Position numbers and translations under genes: made by a program
Notes under the pieces: model-generated
What the model saw: only the letters and a program-made list of their open reading frames with translations
Databases searched by the model: none
Told to the model about the DNA's origin: nothing
Assembly: GCA_965153285.1 (NCBI GenBank)
Contig: OZ229120.1
DNA length: 64,000 bases
Strand: one strand, 5' to 3'
Source of the DNA: Podarcis tiliguerta
Taxonomy: Eukaryota
Shown: piece by piece, positions 1 to 11,084 of the stretch
Numbering within the stretch: position 1 is the first letter of the stretch
How the letters are laid out: every line of letters begins with the position of its first letter

Positions 1-272
1 GTTAACAGTAACAAAAACAGGCAATCAGTTTCACAGATACCTTATTAAACTTCCACAGTGTACCAAAGGCTTGGTGGTCATTTAAAACAGCATACATTAA
101 TACCAGGTTAACAGGAAGCATTCCACACTAATGTTTCAAATAGAAAATCAGAACCAGGAAGATTGTGAATCATTTAAAGCTGCAAGGAACAATACATTTG
201 GCAAGTGCCACTGTGCTGTACCATGAATCTTGGCTGAAATTCTCTCAAACGAAAAAAGACAACACAGATATT

Positions 273-620
273 GGCTCAACTCAAGACGTTATGCCAAACC
301 ATGGCTTAAAAAGGTTAAGCTATAGTTTGGCACAATGCATGAATTGGAAAACCATATTCTGGTTTGCTGGCTGAAAAACTAAGAAATCATGGTTTCATAA
401 TGGTTTGCAAGCTGTGTGCTTGGCATGGTGTCTGAATCGATAAACCACAATTACATCCACTTCTCTGCCTTCATAAGTTGTTACAACACGGATTGGATGT
501 GTTAAGGTGAACGCTATGAAAATGGCAGAGCTGGTGCAAACAAACAGTTCTGAACCATGGTTTGGGTTTTCACCTATGGTTAGTACAAACTGTTATTAGG
601 TATGATGTCTGAATTGAGCC
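273..620. mobile_element. Degenerate non-autonomous DNA element, possibly PIF/Harbinger-like
   Basis: Imperfect terminal inverted repeats ggctcaactcaagacgttatgcc / ggtatgatgtctgaattgagcc, flanked by ATT on both sides; internal aaccatggtt-like repeats. Confidence 0.45.
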
Positions 621-1555
621 ATTGTAATTACTTATCCAAATAATTGCTCGTAAGGGTGGTCTACTTATACAAACAGCATATCCTTGGACAAAGGTATTTG
701 CATGAATTGCGGCTCTTTGTCCCTTATTTGGGGAAAGGGAAAGAATCAGTACAAATCTTATTATGAGGAAAGAAGAGCTGCAGTGTCATTAAATTCCTTC
801 CACTGATGCTGCATGACTCATACAACTACCGCATGAGTAGTTATTTCCATGCCATCATTGCCTATCCCAGCTCTATGTTTCTAGAAAATTACTTAAGAAG
901 TAACTATAATGTTTCATATTTAGAAAGAGAGAAGCACAATGAAAATATAATATAAATGCACATAACATATTGTTACTAGTCAACAAGGCATTCAAGCTGA
1001 AAAATACAGAGGGAATAACTACCCTCACAGGAGAGTGTGTAATAAAGCCAGCTGCACAGTAAGAAAAACAAAGTCAAATAACTGAATTTACCATGTTCAA
1101 GTTGGATTACTCAATTTAGAAAAATGTAACAAATAATTCCAGCTCAGGTTTTCTGTTTATATACCAAAAATAAAACTTCTGATACTAAATTAGTCTTTTC
1201 TTTTAGAAATAAAGTATGAAATACAATAATGTATCAAATAAATCTCTCACATAATACATAGCACCAAACTGTACAGCTGACAACTAACATACACATGAAA
1301 CAAAACTTACTAAACCTTTGCCACAAATGGGAAGGATAATGTGAGCATTGCTTCAGTGATACTGACTCTTATGTTGAACAAAATGAATTTTTCATCGGAA
1401 CATCTGATGTAAGAGAGGAATGTCATGTAAAACTTCAATTTTTTTTATTTAAAAAAATCATTTGATGTTCTCTTCCAATTTTGCTAATGTACAGAGTAGT
1501 TTATAGTATTGGATACGGTAACATTTTATAATAAAAAGACACAACCCTAACCCAC

Positions 1556-1873
1556 CTCCTGTACGTTCTTTTTCCCAGTTCCCACTGCCAGGTTTAGGTG
1601 GCTGCAAAGCAAGGTGCCTGTTCTCTGGTGGCCTCAGGGTGGATTCTAATCTGTGGAATTTGTGGATTCTGTCTCTGACAAGAATGGCATTGGCCCTTTC
1701 ATCTTTATTGGAAAACTCTCTGGCATCAGGCCAACCAAGATCCTTCTTCTGGACTACATTAGCAATCTCTGCTACAAGATCTGATTCTGCCTTTTCTGTA
1801 GGGTTATACTTGTGCACATGAACAACATCTTCCCTTTCTCCTAGCAGCTTGGAAATGAGTGAATAGAAATCAC
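1556..1873 (-). CDS. PAM: PAM exon A (alternatively spliced PHM-PAL linker): GDFYSLISKLLGEREDVVHVHKYNPTEKAESDLVAEIANVVQKKDLG...GNWEKERTG
   Basis: TGTGCAG|GT ... GAG|GTGGGT; 318 nt, symmetric phase 1-1; contains the Lys-Lys cleavage site (1743-1748). Downstream PAL exons are outside the window. Confidence 0.97.
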
Positions 1874-3566
1874 CTGCACAGAGAAAAAGAGAGAGAAAGA
1901 GAGAAAAAAAAACAGATAAGAGAAAGAGGCAGAGGAGGCGGACAGACTGCAAGATTTTGTTGTGAGCTTGACAAAGAGCAGAAATAGGAAGTTATTCCTA
2001 AAAGCCAACTTGGTTCAAAACTTCTGGCTGCTCAGGAACTCTTGACATAAATCACAGGCTGTTGCAGTCCTTAAATTTACACAACAATGCCTTTTTTTGA
2101 CAAGGCATTTCAGAACCCAGGCAAATGAGGCCCCTTGCCTCTGGAAGGCTGTCCATGGGGGGGGGGGAGCATAACTTTAGGAAGGATTATTTTAGCATTA
2201 TTTAGCATTGGAACACTGGTGTACTTACCTCCTCTGAAATTTGCTACTAATAGCTTTCCATTTATAGGAAGCAGAAATTCAGAAGTGAAACCAGTTTGAA
2301 AGGAAATATATTCAATTTTTCACTAGATTCTACAGAATGTTAATACAATCTGGAAGTGAACCAGTTGCAATTGTCGTTGTGTGTTTTCCCCTACTGTGTG
2401 CTTTTTGGAACTGCATTAGCATGGAAATGGTGGAAAAATTACAGATTGGTAAATTCTCCCACAGAAATGTTTGATAGACTCATATTTTTTTTAATATCTT
2501 TAGTTATATCAGATTCCTAACATTCTGGTTTATACATTATCTGTGTTATTTAAAGTTCCATACCTAGCCAATATCCTTTTCCCCCAAGCAGTGTTGTTAG
2601 CTAGATTGCCTGTGCTAGAAAATTGCACCATGTTTATATGAAGACTGCCAGGAAGGATTCCCCACCCCCATTTCCTATGTTGCCTGGTTTCACTTGAGTC
2701 TGTTTCCTGTGTGTTGAATATGACTTTTTTTAATAAAAAAGTCAGAAGATCGACAACTTTGTTAATTCAACTATTTCAGAAATGATAAGCATATCAAACA
2801 TATTCAGAATATGCATCCAGAATTCAGGAAAGAATAGCTAATATGCACCTACTGTGATGCAAGCTCAAGGTTTGCTAGATCTAGGCCATTTTATCACATT
2901 TGAGTACAATCGTAACTAAAGAAGATACAGTAGAATATTTCACTTGAGCACTCCAGATGTGCACCACACACTCTTCCACTTGCAATCTGAAGATTACTGT
3001 TATCAAAGCAGGGCAGCTTACAACTGTTGAAGCACACTAGAGTATATGACATATAAATAAAATAAGAAAGCAAGGTCTGGTAGAAGCCTGAAAGAAGAAA
3101 ATTAAAAAGAAAGGAGGAAAGGGAGGTATTCATTTACTCATTACACATCACTTAAAACTAGCTGGGTAGATTTGAACGGGATCCAATTTGTTGCTGATGT
3201 AAACACACTTGCTTACAAAGCAGCAGCAGCAAGCTCTTCGCCGTCTGCAGGTTTTATGTGCGGCCAGCGTCAGTGCAAGCCATCAAGAACATATTGTTCT
3301 ACTCAACAATTTTGTTAAGAGCCAGCAATTGTCGGCAGCTGGACATGTGTTCAGTTGTGCTACATCTTATTCTAATTTGCATCTTGACACCAAGAGCCAA
3401 AACTGCAAGGCACATCGGCAGTGGCAGCCTGAGGGAGGGAGCCCTGCCCTGAAAGGGACTGGCATCTGGCTCCTCTGGCAGCCATTTCCAGACCAGATAA
3501 TTTCTTCTTATAGAGTCCCTGTAGAGCAGAGACTCAGAAGGCAAGTGACAGCTTGAACACCTAAAG

Positions 3567-3688
3567 CAGGCTTCCTCAACCTCGGCCCTCCAGATGTTTT
3601 GAGACCACAATTCCCATCATCCCTGACCACTGGGATCATGGGAGTTGTAGGCCAAAAACATCTGGAGGGCCGAGGTTGAGGAACCCTG
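3567..3688. mobile_element. Palindromic hAT-type MITE
   Basis: CAG...CTG ends, about 50-bp inverted arms, 8-bp target-site duplication (TSD) acctaaag/atctaaag. Confidence 0.85.
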
Positions 3689-3696
3689 ATCTAAAG

Positions 3697-3832
3697 CAAC
3701 CGGCCCAATCTGGTGCCCTTCAGCTGTGTTGGACTACAACTCCCATCATTCTTGACCACTGGCTATGCTGGCTGGGGCTGATGAGAACTGTAGTCCAAAA
3801 CAAACAGGAAGGCATTAAGTTGGGAAAGGCTG
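3697..3832. mobile_element. Older palindromic hAT-type MITE of the same family
   Basis: ggactacaactcccatc ... gatgagaactgtagtcc core; TSD atctaaag/atctaagg. Confidence 0.75.
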
Positions 3833-5344
3833 ATCTAAGGACTAAGGGAGACTTGCATTTGCTTCCTCCAGTGCCTCTTGTGTCAGCAACCATGAGCCAG
3901 AAACAACAGGAGACATCAGAACAAGCATCCTGGGTGAGGAAGCAATTGCTTCCTTGAAGATCTGCTGAGGCTCAGCGCTGCAGCAGCAGCTGGAATATCC
4001 AGTGTTGAGAAGGGGGACTTGTACACATCTGTGCCTGTTCCTAACAACTCTTCTCTGTTCTGTTGTATATTAGAGATAACCTAAATCACCTTGAGCTCTT
4101 TGGTTAGCAAGAGGAATATAAATACTTCAAATGATCTATTCAACCTCTGCACTGGAGGAAAGGGCTTAGTCCTTTATCACTTTATGCTTCTTTCTTTCTG
4201 TTTTGGATTGGTGGCTGTAAACAGTCCGTAAATAAATATCCCCGCCTTGGTGACACAACCATTAACTTCCGCAAATATGCTGGCTCACAAGTATTTCCAT
4301 TAGACTGAGAGGATAATGAATTAAAAGGTTAAGGATTTCAATTATTTAGACTTCTTTTAAAAATGCATTTATGGAACCATGTCATAAAATCTTCTTAAAA
4401 GTTTCACATTAAAGCAATAATAAACGTAAATGGTAAGCTAAGGCTTCAGGACTCTCACGGAAAATGCAATTTTAAGAACTCAGCAAGGGGGGAAATTAAG
4501 TCTTTTCAAAATGACCCTAAGAGAGTCTGTCATGTTTATAAACAGTCCTGGCTCAACGGTTCCAGCTAAATTTCCAATTTCAGCCTTTGGAAGGGGAATG
4601 TCCCCAGTGAAATCCCCTGTCAGAAAATAATTATCAGAGTTAATAGGGCCAATTTTGGTGAAATGAACAAAGCAAATTGGAGCTGAACATAATGTGTTAA
4701 GCCATCCCCACTAACATGCTTGATAAAACATCCTTAATGTTGCTTTCCTTCAACCACATACTACTGCATTTATGGCCAACTCTTATCAGATGCTTTCTGC
4801 TGTTACAAAAACCACAGCACAACCACCGTCGCCATCGTCCCAGCTGCATTTTAAAATCAGTTATGACATATACCTTTCCTCATACAAGGGATTAATCCAA
4901 TTCCTGTATGCCTAAGCACCCTTTGTAGGTGATGTGTCTATATCTTCTGCTTTGGTACCTGACCAAACATCCATGAGGAATTGCCTCCCAAATAAACTCA
5001 AGTATGAAGGGTGTGGCATGGGTGGGGGGAGAAAATCAAACAGCTGTTGACATTTCATGCTGTATGTATGCAAACTTCCCTTCTGGCATCATTATTACAA
5101 AAGCCAGCAAAACGATAATCTACCTCACATTCCTGTTATTTCAAAGCTGTTTTGTGCAAGTGAGAGCCACGACTCTGCGATAAAGGGTTTAATATTCTGT
5201 TGGGAGCTGCCCAGAGTGGCTGATGAAACCCAGCCAGATGGGTGGGCTATAAATAAATTATCATCATCGTCATGATCATCATTCCTGTCTCCCAAAGAGC
5301 AATAATACCCAATGGCACCATGTGTCTCAGTGGCAAAGAACAAG

Positions 5345-5515
5345 CTTAAGAACATAAGATGAGTCCTACTTGATTAGACTAAAGGACTATCACAGTGGCC
5401 AGCCAGATGCCTTTGGGAAGCCCATGAACAGGATGTAAGTGCAATAACTCTGTGCTACTCCTGATTCATAGCAACTAGTATGCACATGCATTCACATTAC
5501 TAGCAGCCATGGATA
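5345..5515 (-). mobile_element. CR1 LINE 3' end fragment
   Basis: Reverse complement ends in a CR1-type tail (...TCTTATGTTCTTA) preceded by typical CR1 3'UTR sequence. Confidence 0.5.
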
Positions 5516-5822
5516 CTTCACGAATCTGTCTAACCCCCGGTTCAAATACATCAAAATTTACTAATTTTAAATGGCCCCTATCCATCCCCAAACAGAGCCA
5601 AGGTTCCAACTGTGAAGGCATATTGAGGGCTTACACTCATTTAAGGTATAAACCAAGTATGAGTGACTACTATCCCCTATTGTCCCTCTGCAGCTAATAG
5701 GAGCGACATGCGGCTTCCACTGAAGAAGGCCAAGTCTGAAGCCCAAATGGTGAAATGGGCAGCAGCAAAAGACAAGGTTGTTTTGTTCAGGATGTTTCAT
5801 CTCAGGAACTTCCATTACCTGA

Positions 5823-5895
5823 GGGATAACTCAGTCAGTAGAACATGAGTCATCGGTTCAAGACCCACTTTGGGCAAAAAAATCCTGCATTTCAG
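5823..5895 (+). mobile_element. Truncated tRNA-headed SINE with CR1-like tail
   Basis: A-box-like taactcagtcagtagaac and B-box-like ggttcaagacc, followed by atcctgcatt; similar to the copy at 15280-15386. Confidence 0.45.
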
Positions 5896-6533
5896 ATTTT
5901 TAGGAAACAATGAAACATGCCTCTCCCCGCACCCCCCAGCTTTTAATGGAATTTGATGTTGCCACTGAAGTGGGTTTGCCAACTGCTTTTATCTATAACT
6001 TTTCCACAGAGAGATTTTTTAATGTTATTATTTGCTGCCTAAAGAAGGCTTGTGACTGATAATAAATTTAAATGATAAATAATACCAAATGAGATGAATT
6101 AAACAACCCTCTCATTTATTTATATCCTTCAACACCTTTCTGATATTATTGCTATATTTTTCTCAGTTCTGTCACTGAACTCGTCCAAATGGCAGAACAG
6201 AAATATCTCAAGAGGAAAACATTTCATTTGTTTAGATATCACACTGTTTTTTGTATGGGCACTTTAAAACAGCTGATTCTGCATTGCTTGAAGCCTTAGG
6301 CACTCTGGCGCTGTGGCAATCTCAACTTCTCATCGAGAACTACATATGCAACCCACTCCTCCTACACTGAAAAGATAGAATATGAAGTCTCATCCAGGGA
6401 TGATGAAGTAGATTCCTGGGTGATAACAGCAGCTCAAAGGCTTGTACACTAAATGCAGACAACTTTACTTCAGTAATGCAAAAAACAGACGAAAGCTGTA
6501 CAGTGAGGAGAGGAAAATGGGGTGTTTAACATA

Positions 6534-6776
6534 CAGTGGTACCTCAGGTTGCATACGCTTCAGGTTACAGACGCTTCAGGTTACAGACTCCGCTAACCCA
6601 GAAATATTACCTCGGGTTAAGAACTTTGCTTCAGGATGTGAACAGAAATCATGCTCTGGCGGCACGGTGGCAGCGGGAGGCCCCATTAGCTAAAGTGGTG
6701 CTTCAGGTTAAGAACAGTTTCAGGTTAAGTACGAACCTCCGGAATGAATTAAGTACTGAACCCGAGGTTACCACTG
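6534..6776. mobile_element. Tc1/mariner (pogo/Tigger-like) MITE
   Basis: TA|cagtggtacctc ... gaggttaccactg|TA; closely similar to the copies at 34186 and 50855. Confidence 0.88.
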
Positions 6777-8979
6777 TACCAATAAGATAACCATTTCTTA
6801 AGTATTTCTTTCAGAATAAGTTGGTTACACAAGCTTTCAGAAACCCATAGCCGCCAAACTAATGCTACAATTCCACCTTAATCCAACTAAGTTCGGGTGT
6901 GTTTTCTCAGTTTTCATAAAGAATACAACTTCACATCACCATTGTGCCCAAGGCCATTTGTCTTCCAGAACCAGTGTTTCAGTTATATGTAAGTAGCTAT
7001 ATTGTTTAAAACAAATACATTTTTCAAGCTCTACATGGCACAAAACAGTTTAGACCTCAATCCAACTCCCAAGCTTAGTCACAACACTCCTTTTATGACT
7101 ATAAACAAAGATTCATTTCAATCCCCCATCATGGAGAAGAACAGCAATGACCTACCTCACACAATTTTTGAAGGAGAATGAATACAAGAATGTAGCCCAA
7201 CTGGACAATAAGGAGGAAGAAATAAAAGCTGGAAACTAAGGAGATTCATTGTCAATGCAAAATTTAAAAGCAATCCATTATCCAGCACTTCACTCATAAT
7301 TTAGGAAAATATATTGGTACACAGAGACATTAATAATTTTAAAAGGACACCTTAATGATTAACCACCCAGAACCAGTCCTAGAATTGGTTTTAATTCTTT
7401 CAGCAATTAAAACTTGTATTAGCTGGAACTACCGCAATTAAAGTCAGGAAGAAAAAAATGGTGTATGAGAATTTAAATGAACCTGTTAAAATTACAGAAA
7501 CTCCCACTCATTCTTAAAGAGGTTTGCTTTCTTTTTTGACCAACAAAAGCTAAAGAACCTGTTTCCATAGAAACATGTTAGAGATATATACACACGCACA
7601 CGCTCACACATACACACCAAGTAGAGATTTGTTATTAAACAAAGCTGTACTGCAGCTTCTGTTTGGAGGATGTTTTTACAAGACAAGTTACAATCGGCAA
7701 AGCAGAATAAGTGTTTCAGTGATTAAAAAATGCTTCCAAACCACCATGTTAAATCATTACATATCTCACTAGTTAACCCAGAATGAGTACCATCCAGATT
7801 AATCAGGGATCGCTAAGCTTGACAATTGTCATGCAAGATCCTCTTCAAATCCACAGAAGTCGCTTCAGAGGAATAGGTGTGTAAAATTTAAATCAATCTC
7901 AAATATTTGAATTGCAAGATTAAACCTAGCAATTCTTCCACATATTTGGATATGTGGAAATGTTGCGATTCAAACTGCAGCTCAACCATGGAATCAGACT
8001 CAGGGCAGTCATTCTCTCAGTCTTGATTCTCTATCTGCAAAAATTGGATGAATTAAATACACCCCGCTTAACAGCAATGCTGGTGAGACTACTAATTTAG
8101 ATGCAAGGCTCTTTCAATTATTTAACTCCACTATTTGGCTTACAAAGTGGTGCATGTGCAAAGACAGTAAACCAGAAGGCTTGAGATTGCAGCTTTAGAA
8201 TGAGTCCTTTAAAAAGTCAAACAAAAATATTTGTGCTAACAGGATCACTTTGTTGGATACAACCTTAGGTAATGTTATCCTGAAAGATTCAGCAATAACA
8301 ACATCCCATTGGGCTTGTGAGACATAATGAAGTGTTTGTAGGCCTGTATGCATACAGTTACACACATTTTGTATATATACAGTATTGAAATGCAACAAAG
8401 AAGGACTAGTATCCATTCCACATCTCCTTACATGTTAATATTAAAGCACAGGGATAATTCTTTGCACATTAAGATGCTTCCTTCTGTACATGAGTGGGTC
8501 AAACTGAAAATGGTCATTATGTTACAAAACTCCAACAAAATAAGTATTTAATATTTTTCATATATAATCAAGAATTAAAACGAAAAACATCTCTTTTTTC
8601 TTCTTCCAGGAAGAACACTCTTTATTTATTGAAGACATTTATACACCATTTAATTAATCATCTGCATTTCTAAACCCTACTAGCCCAATACAGCACACAA
8701 ATAAATGACAATTGTATTAAGCAAATTTATCTGTGAACAAGAAAATCAAATGAGATTAAACTGTACTAATGAGTTTACCTGCAAGGTTAGGGACCAGTAA
8801 TTGACTATTTCCTCTTGAATGATTATGCAAGGAGCAGCAATGCAATGGTAGGGATGATTTAAATGCTAGTTGTTTAACAGCTACCACTATTTTGATAGAT
8901 CTCAATACAAAGAATGCAATTAGCGCTACTATTTGAAACATTTTTGAAATCTATTTTATGAAACCAGTATTATACATAC

Positions 8980-9051
8980 CCTGGTCTAAAACCTCCTCCT
9001 CATCTCTTTTTGGCTGTTGCATAACAGAAACTGTATCTCCACTTTTGGCTT
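8980..9051 (-). CDS. PAM: PAM exon 14 (linker): EAKSGDTVSVMQQPKRDEEEVLDQ
   Basis: TTTTTCAG|AA ... AGG|GTATGT; 72 nt; QQPKRxEEEVLDQ matches the mammalian linker. Confidence 0.95.
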
Positions 9052-10337
9052 CTGAAAAATAGAAAGGAGGAAATCTAATGATCTAAGAAAGAAATCGAAA
9101 AGCTAAAAGAGAAGTTAATAGAATTCAGATACCTGCACATATACATACTGGCTTTTGTAACTCAGATTAATTGCAAGGAGTCAGTACAATCCAACAATTT
9201 ATTTTCTGATATAAATGCACAGCTTCATTTGACATAGTCTACTGCTCCAGCGGTTCCAAATTGAATAAAATATTGTGGGGGCCCAGGTAAGCCCTGCTGC
9301 ACATAATCAATCACATGATGTGGTGCACAAATCATTTACATGGCAGTGCCCATCAACTTTTGGGGCCCCCGGCCCCTTCAGATATTTTATGGGTGGCTGA
9401 AGCCCTCATGGCCCCTAGACCGTGTTTGCTCCTATGTACTGTTCAGTCTACACATGCACATAGGCTGCTTGGTCATTTGGTCTTTTATGATTCACAGGGG
9501 GAAGTTTGTGATCACACAAGCCAACAGTAGTGAACTGAGGGAACTAACGTGAGGATTTTGCAGTTGCAATTCTGGCCAAAGGAATGAAGTGCAAGGAGAT
9601 CAGATTCACCAAGCAAAAATCTTCCTTACAGCAATAGGCTGGAGCAGGATATTAGTTATTTTCTGATCCCTGACCCTCTGACATGGCTGCAAGGAGGACA
9701 TTGGAAGCATCCATTTCCTGGTTAAACTAACCACAGCTTTATATGAACTGGGCCACCGGGTTTAGTTTAAATCATACTTTATTGCAACAAGCCAAGCTCA
9801 AACTATGGTTTCTGATACTGGCCTGTTTCAATAAAACATAGTTTAGTCCTAAAAAATTAAGAGAAAGTTCCCCAGAAGGAGCATGGAAGTTGCTTTGGTA
9901 GCATATGCCTCAAGGGACTATGGGTGGAATTCAATGTAACGCAAAGAAGGCATGTGTGCTGAGATCAAGGTCCACTTACGAAACAGCCCCCTGGAGATTT
10001 TCCCAGGCCACACCCCTTAACTCGTCCAGATTCACACCTTGTTTGGATGGATAGAGAGGTGTGTGGATAGAAAGTAGTCTATTATACAAAGGTAAAAATT
10101 GCATCTGTTGGTCCACCCACTCTGGCCTCAGGCTCCGCCCACCACCTTGGAAAATGGCCTAAAAGGGGGTATGACTCTCGGGCTGAACAAGATTCACCAA
10201 TCCAGCTCTCAGGAATGCAATACTTAAATCTATGTCTATTTGTTTGGTCAGTTTCCATGCAAGTACCCTTTCGCTCAACCGTACCATTCTTTCTCCATTA
10301 ATATTATTCAATTAATTTTAAAAACCAAAAAACATAC

Positions 10338-10522
10338 CTTCATGATGTCCATGGACCATGGTCATATCAGGCTTGACTGGAATGGGAATGTTTGCCTCCT
10401 GTGGTATGTTTTTGAACATCTCTGGGTCTATGTTCCTTGTACAAGTCTTGTATGAGACTGCATGTTTGGCTTCCATGTAATACATAATGTAGAAATTGCA
10501 CATTTCATCACTAGCTGTGCCC
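10338..10522 (-). CDS. PAM: PAM exon 13: GTASDEMCNFYIMYYMEAKHAVSYKTCTRNIDPEMFKNIPQEANIPIPVKPDMTMVHGHHE, CuM ligand M310
   Basis: GCTATAG|G ... AAG|GTATGT; 185 nt; DEMCNxYIMYY motif. Confidence 0.98.
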
Positions 10523-11045
10523 CTATAGCAAAATACAACAGAGAAAGACATGCGAGTAGTTTCAGCCATAGGATGAAACACATTTGTAGAGGCTGGTATT
10601 AAATCGCATGGGAGAGACAGAAAATTACCACCGCCACTGCCCAAATGATAAAAGGTTAGACCACAGTACACTTTAAACATTTCACATAAAAAATGCATTA
10701 AGACCTCTGACATAAAGGCCATTATCTCCAGCTGATTGCTTAGCATTTATATACACCAGTCTGCATAGTTTTCATCAACCATGCTAGAAATTAAGAACAG
10801 TTAGAATTTTGAACCTGCAATGACCTTTATTATTAGCTCCCTAGTTTACCTCCCAGCTCCTCAGGTGTGAACACAGACCCCCGAGCCCCCACCCCCGGAC
10901 TGCTGCAAAACCTCATCAATTTCAATGGCTTTTTTGGTGGATGCATTTCACAAACTCCCTCAGTGCTTGGTGGACTGCATGCAAGAGAATCACTAACAGG
11001 GAACACAGCAGAATAAAGTATTTCTTTCCTTCCTGAAGATTCCGC

Positions 11046-11050
11046 ACACA

Positions 11051-11080
<30 letters not shown>
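11046..11080. repeat. (CA)n microsatellite
   Basis: Direct inspection. Confidence 0.9.

Positions 11081-11084
<4 letters not shown>

Noticed and set aside
1874-1952. Hydrophobic, signal-peptide-like N-terminus (LLCLFLLSVFFSLFLSLFLCA) of the 164-aa ORF
   Set aside because: It is the translated polypyrimidine tract of the exon A acceptor and starts at TTG; no ATG or promoter evidence.
7936-7959. 10-bp perfect inverted repeat ttccacatat/atatgtggaa
   Set aside because: Short, AT-rich and isolated; plausible by chance or local template switching.
10318-10337. Read-through of the exon 13 donor (GMFFGF-stop) as another PHM-only isoform
   Set aside because: The donor is good (AAG|GTATGT) and I saw no nearby downstream poly(A) signal.
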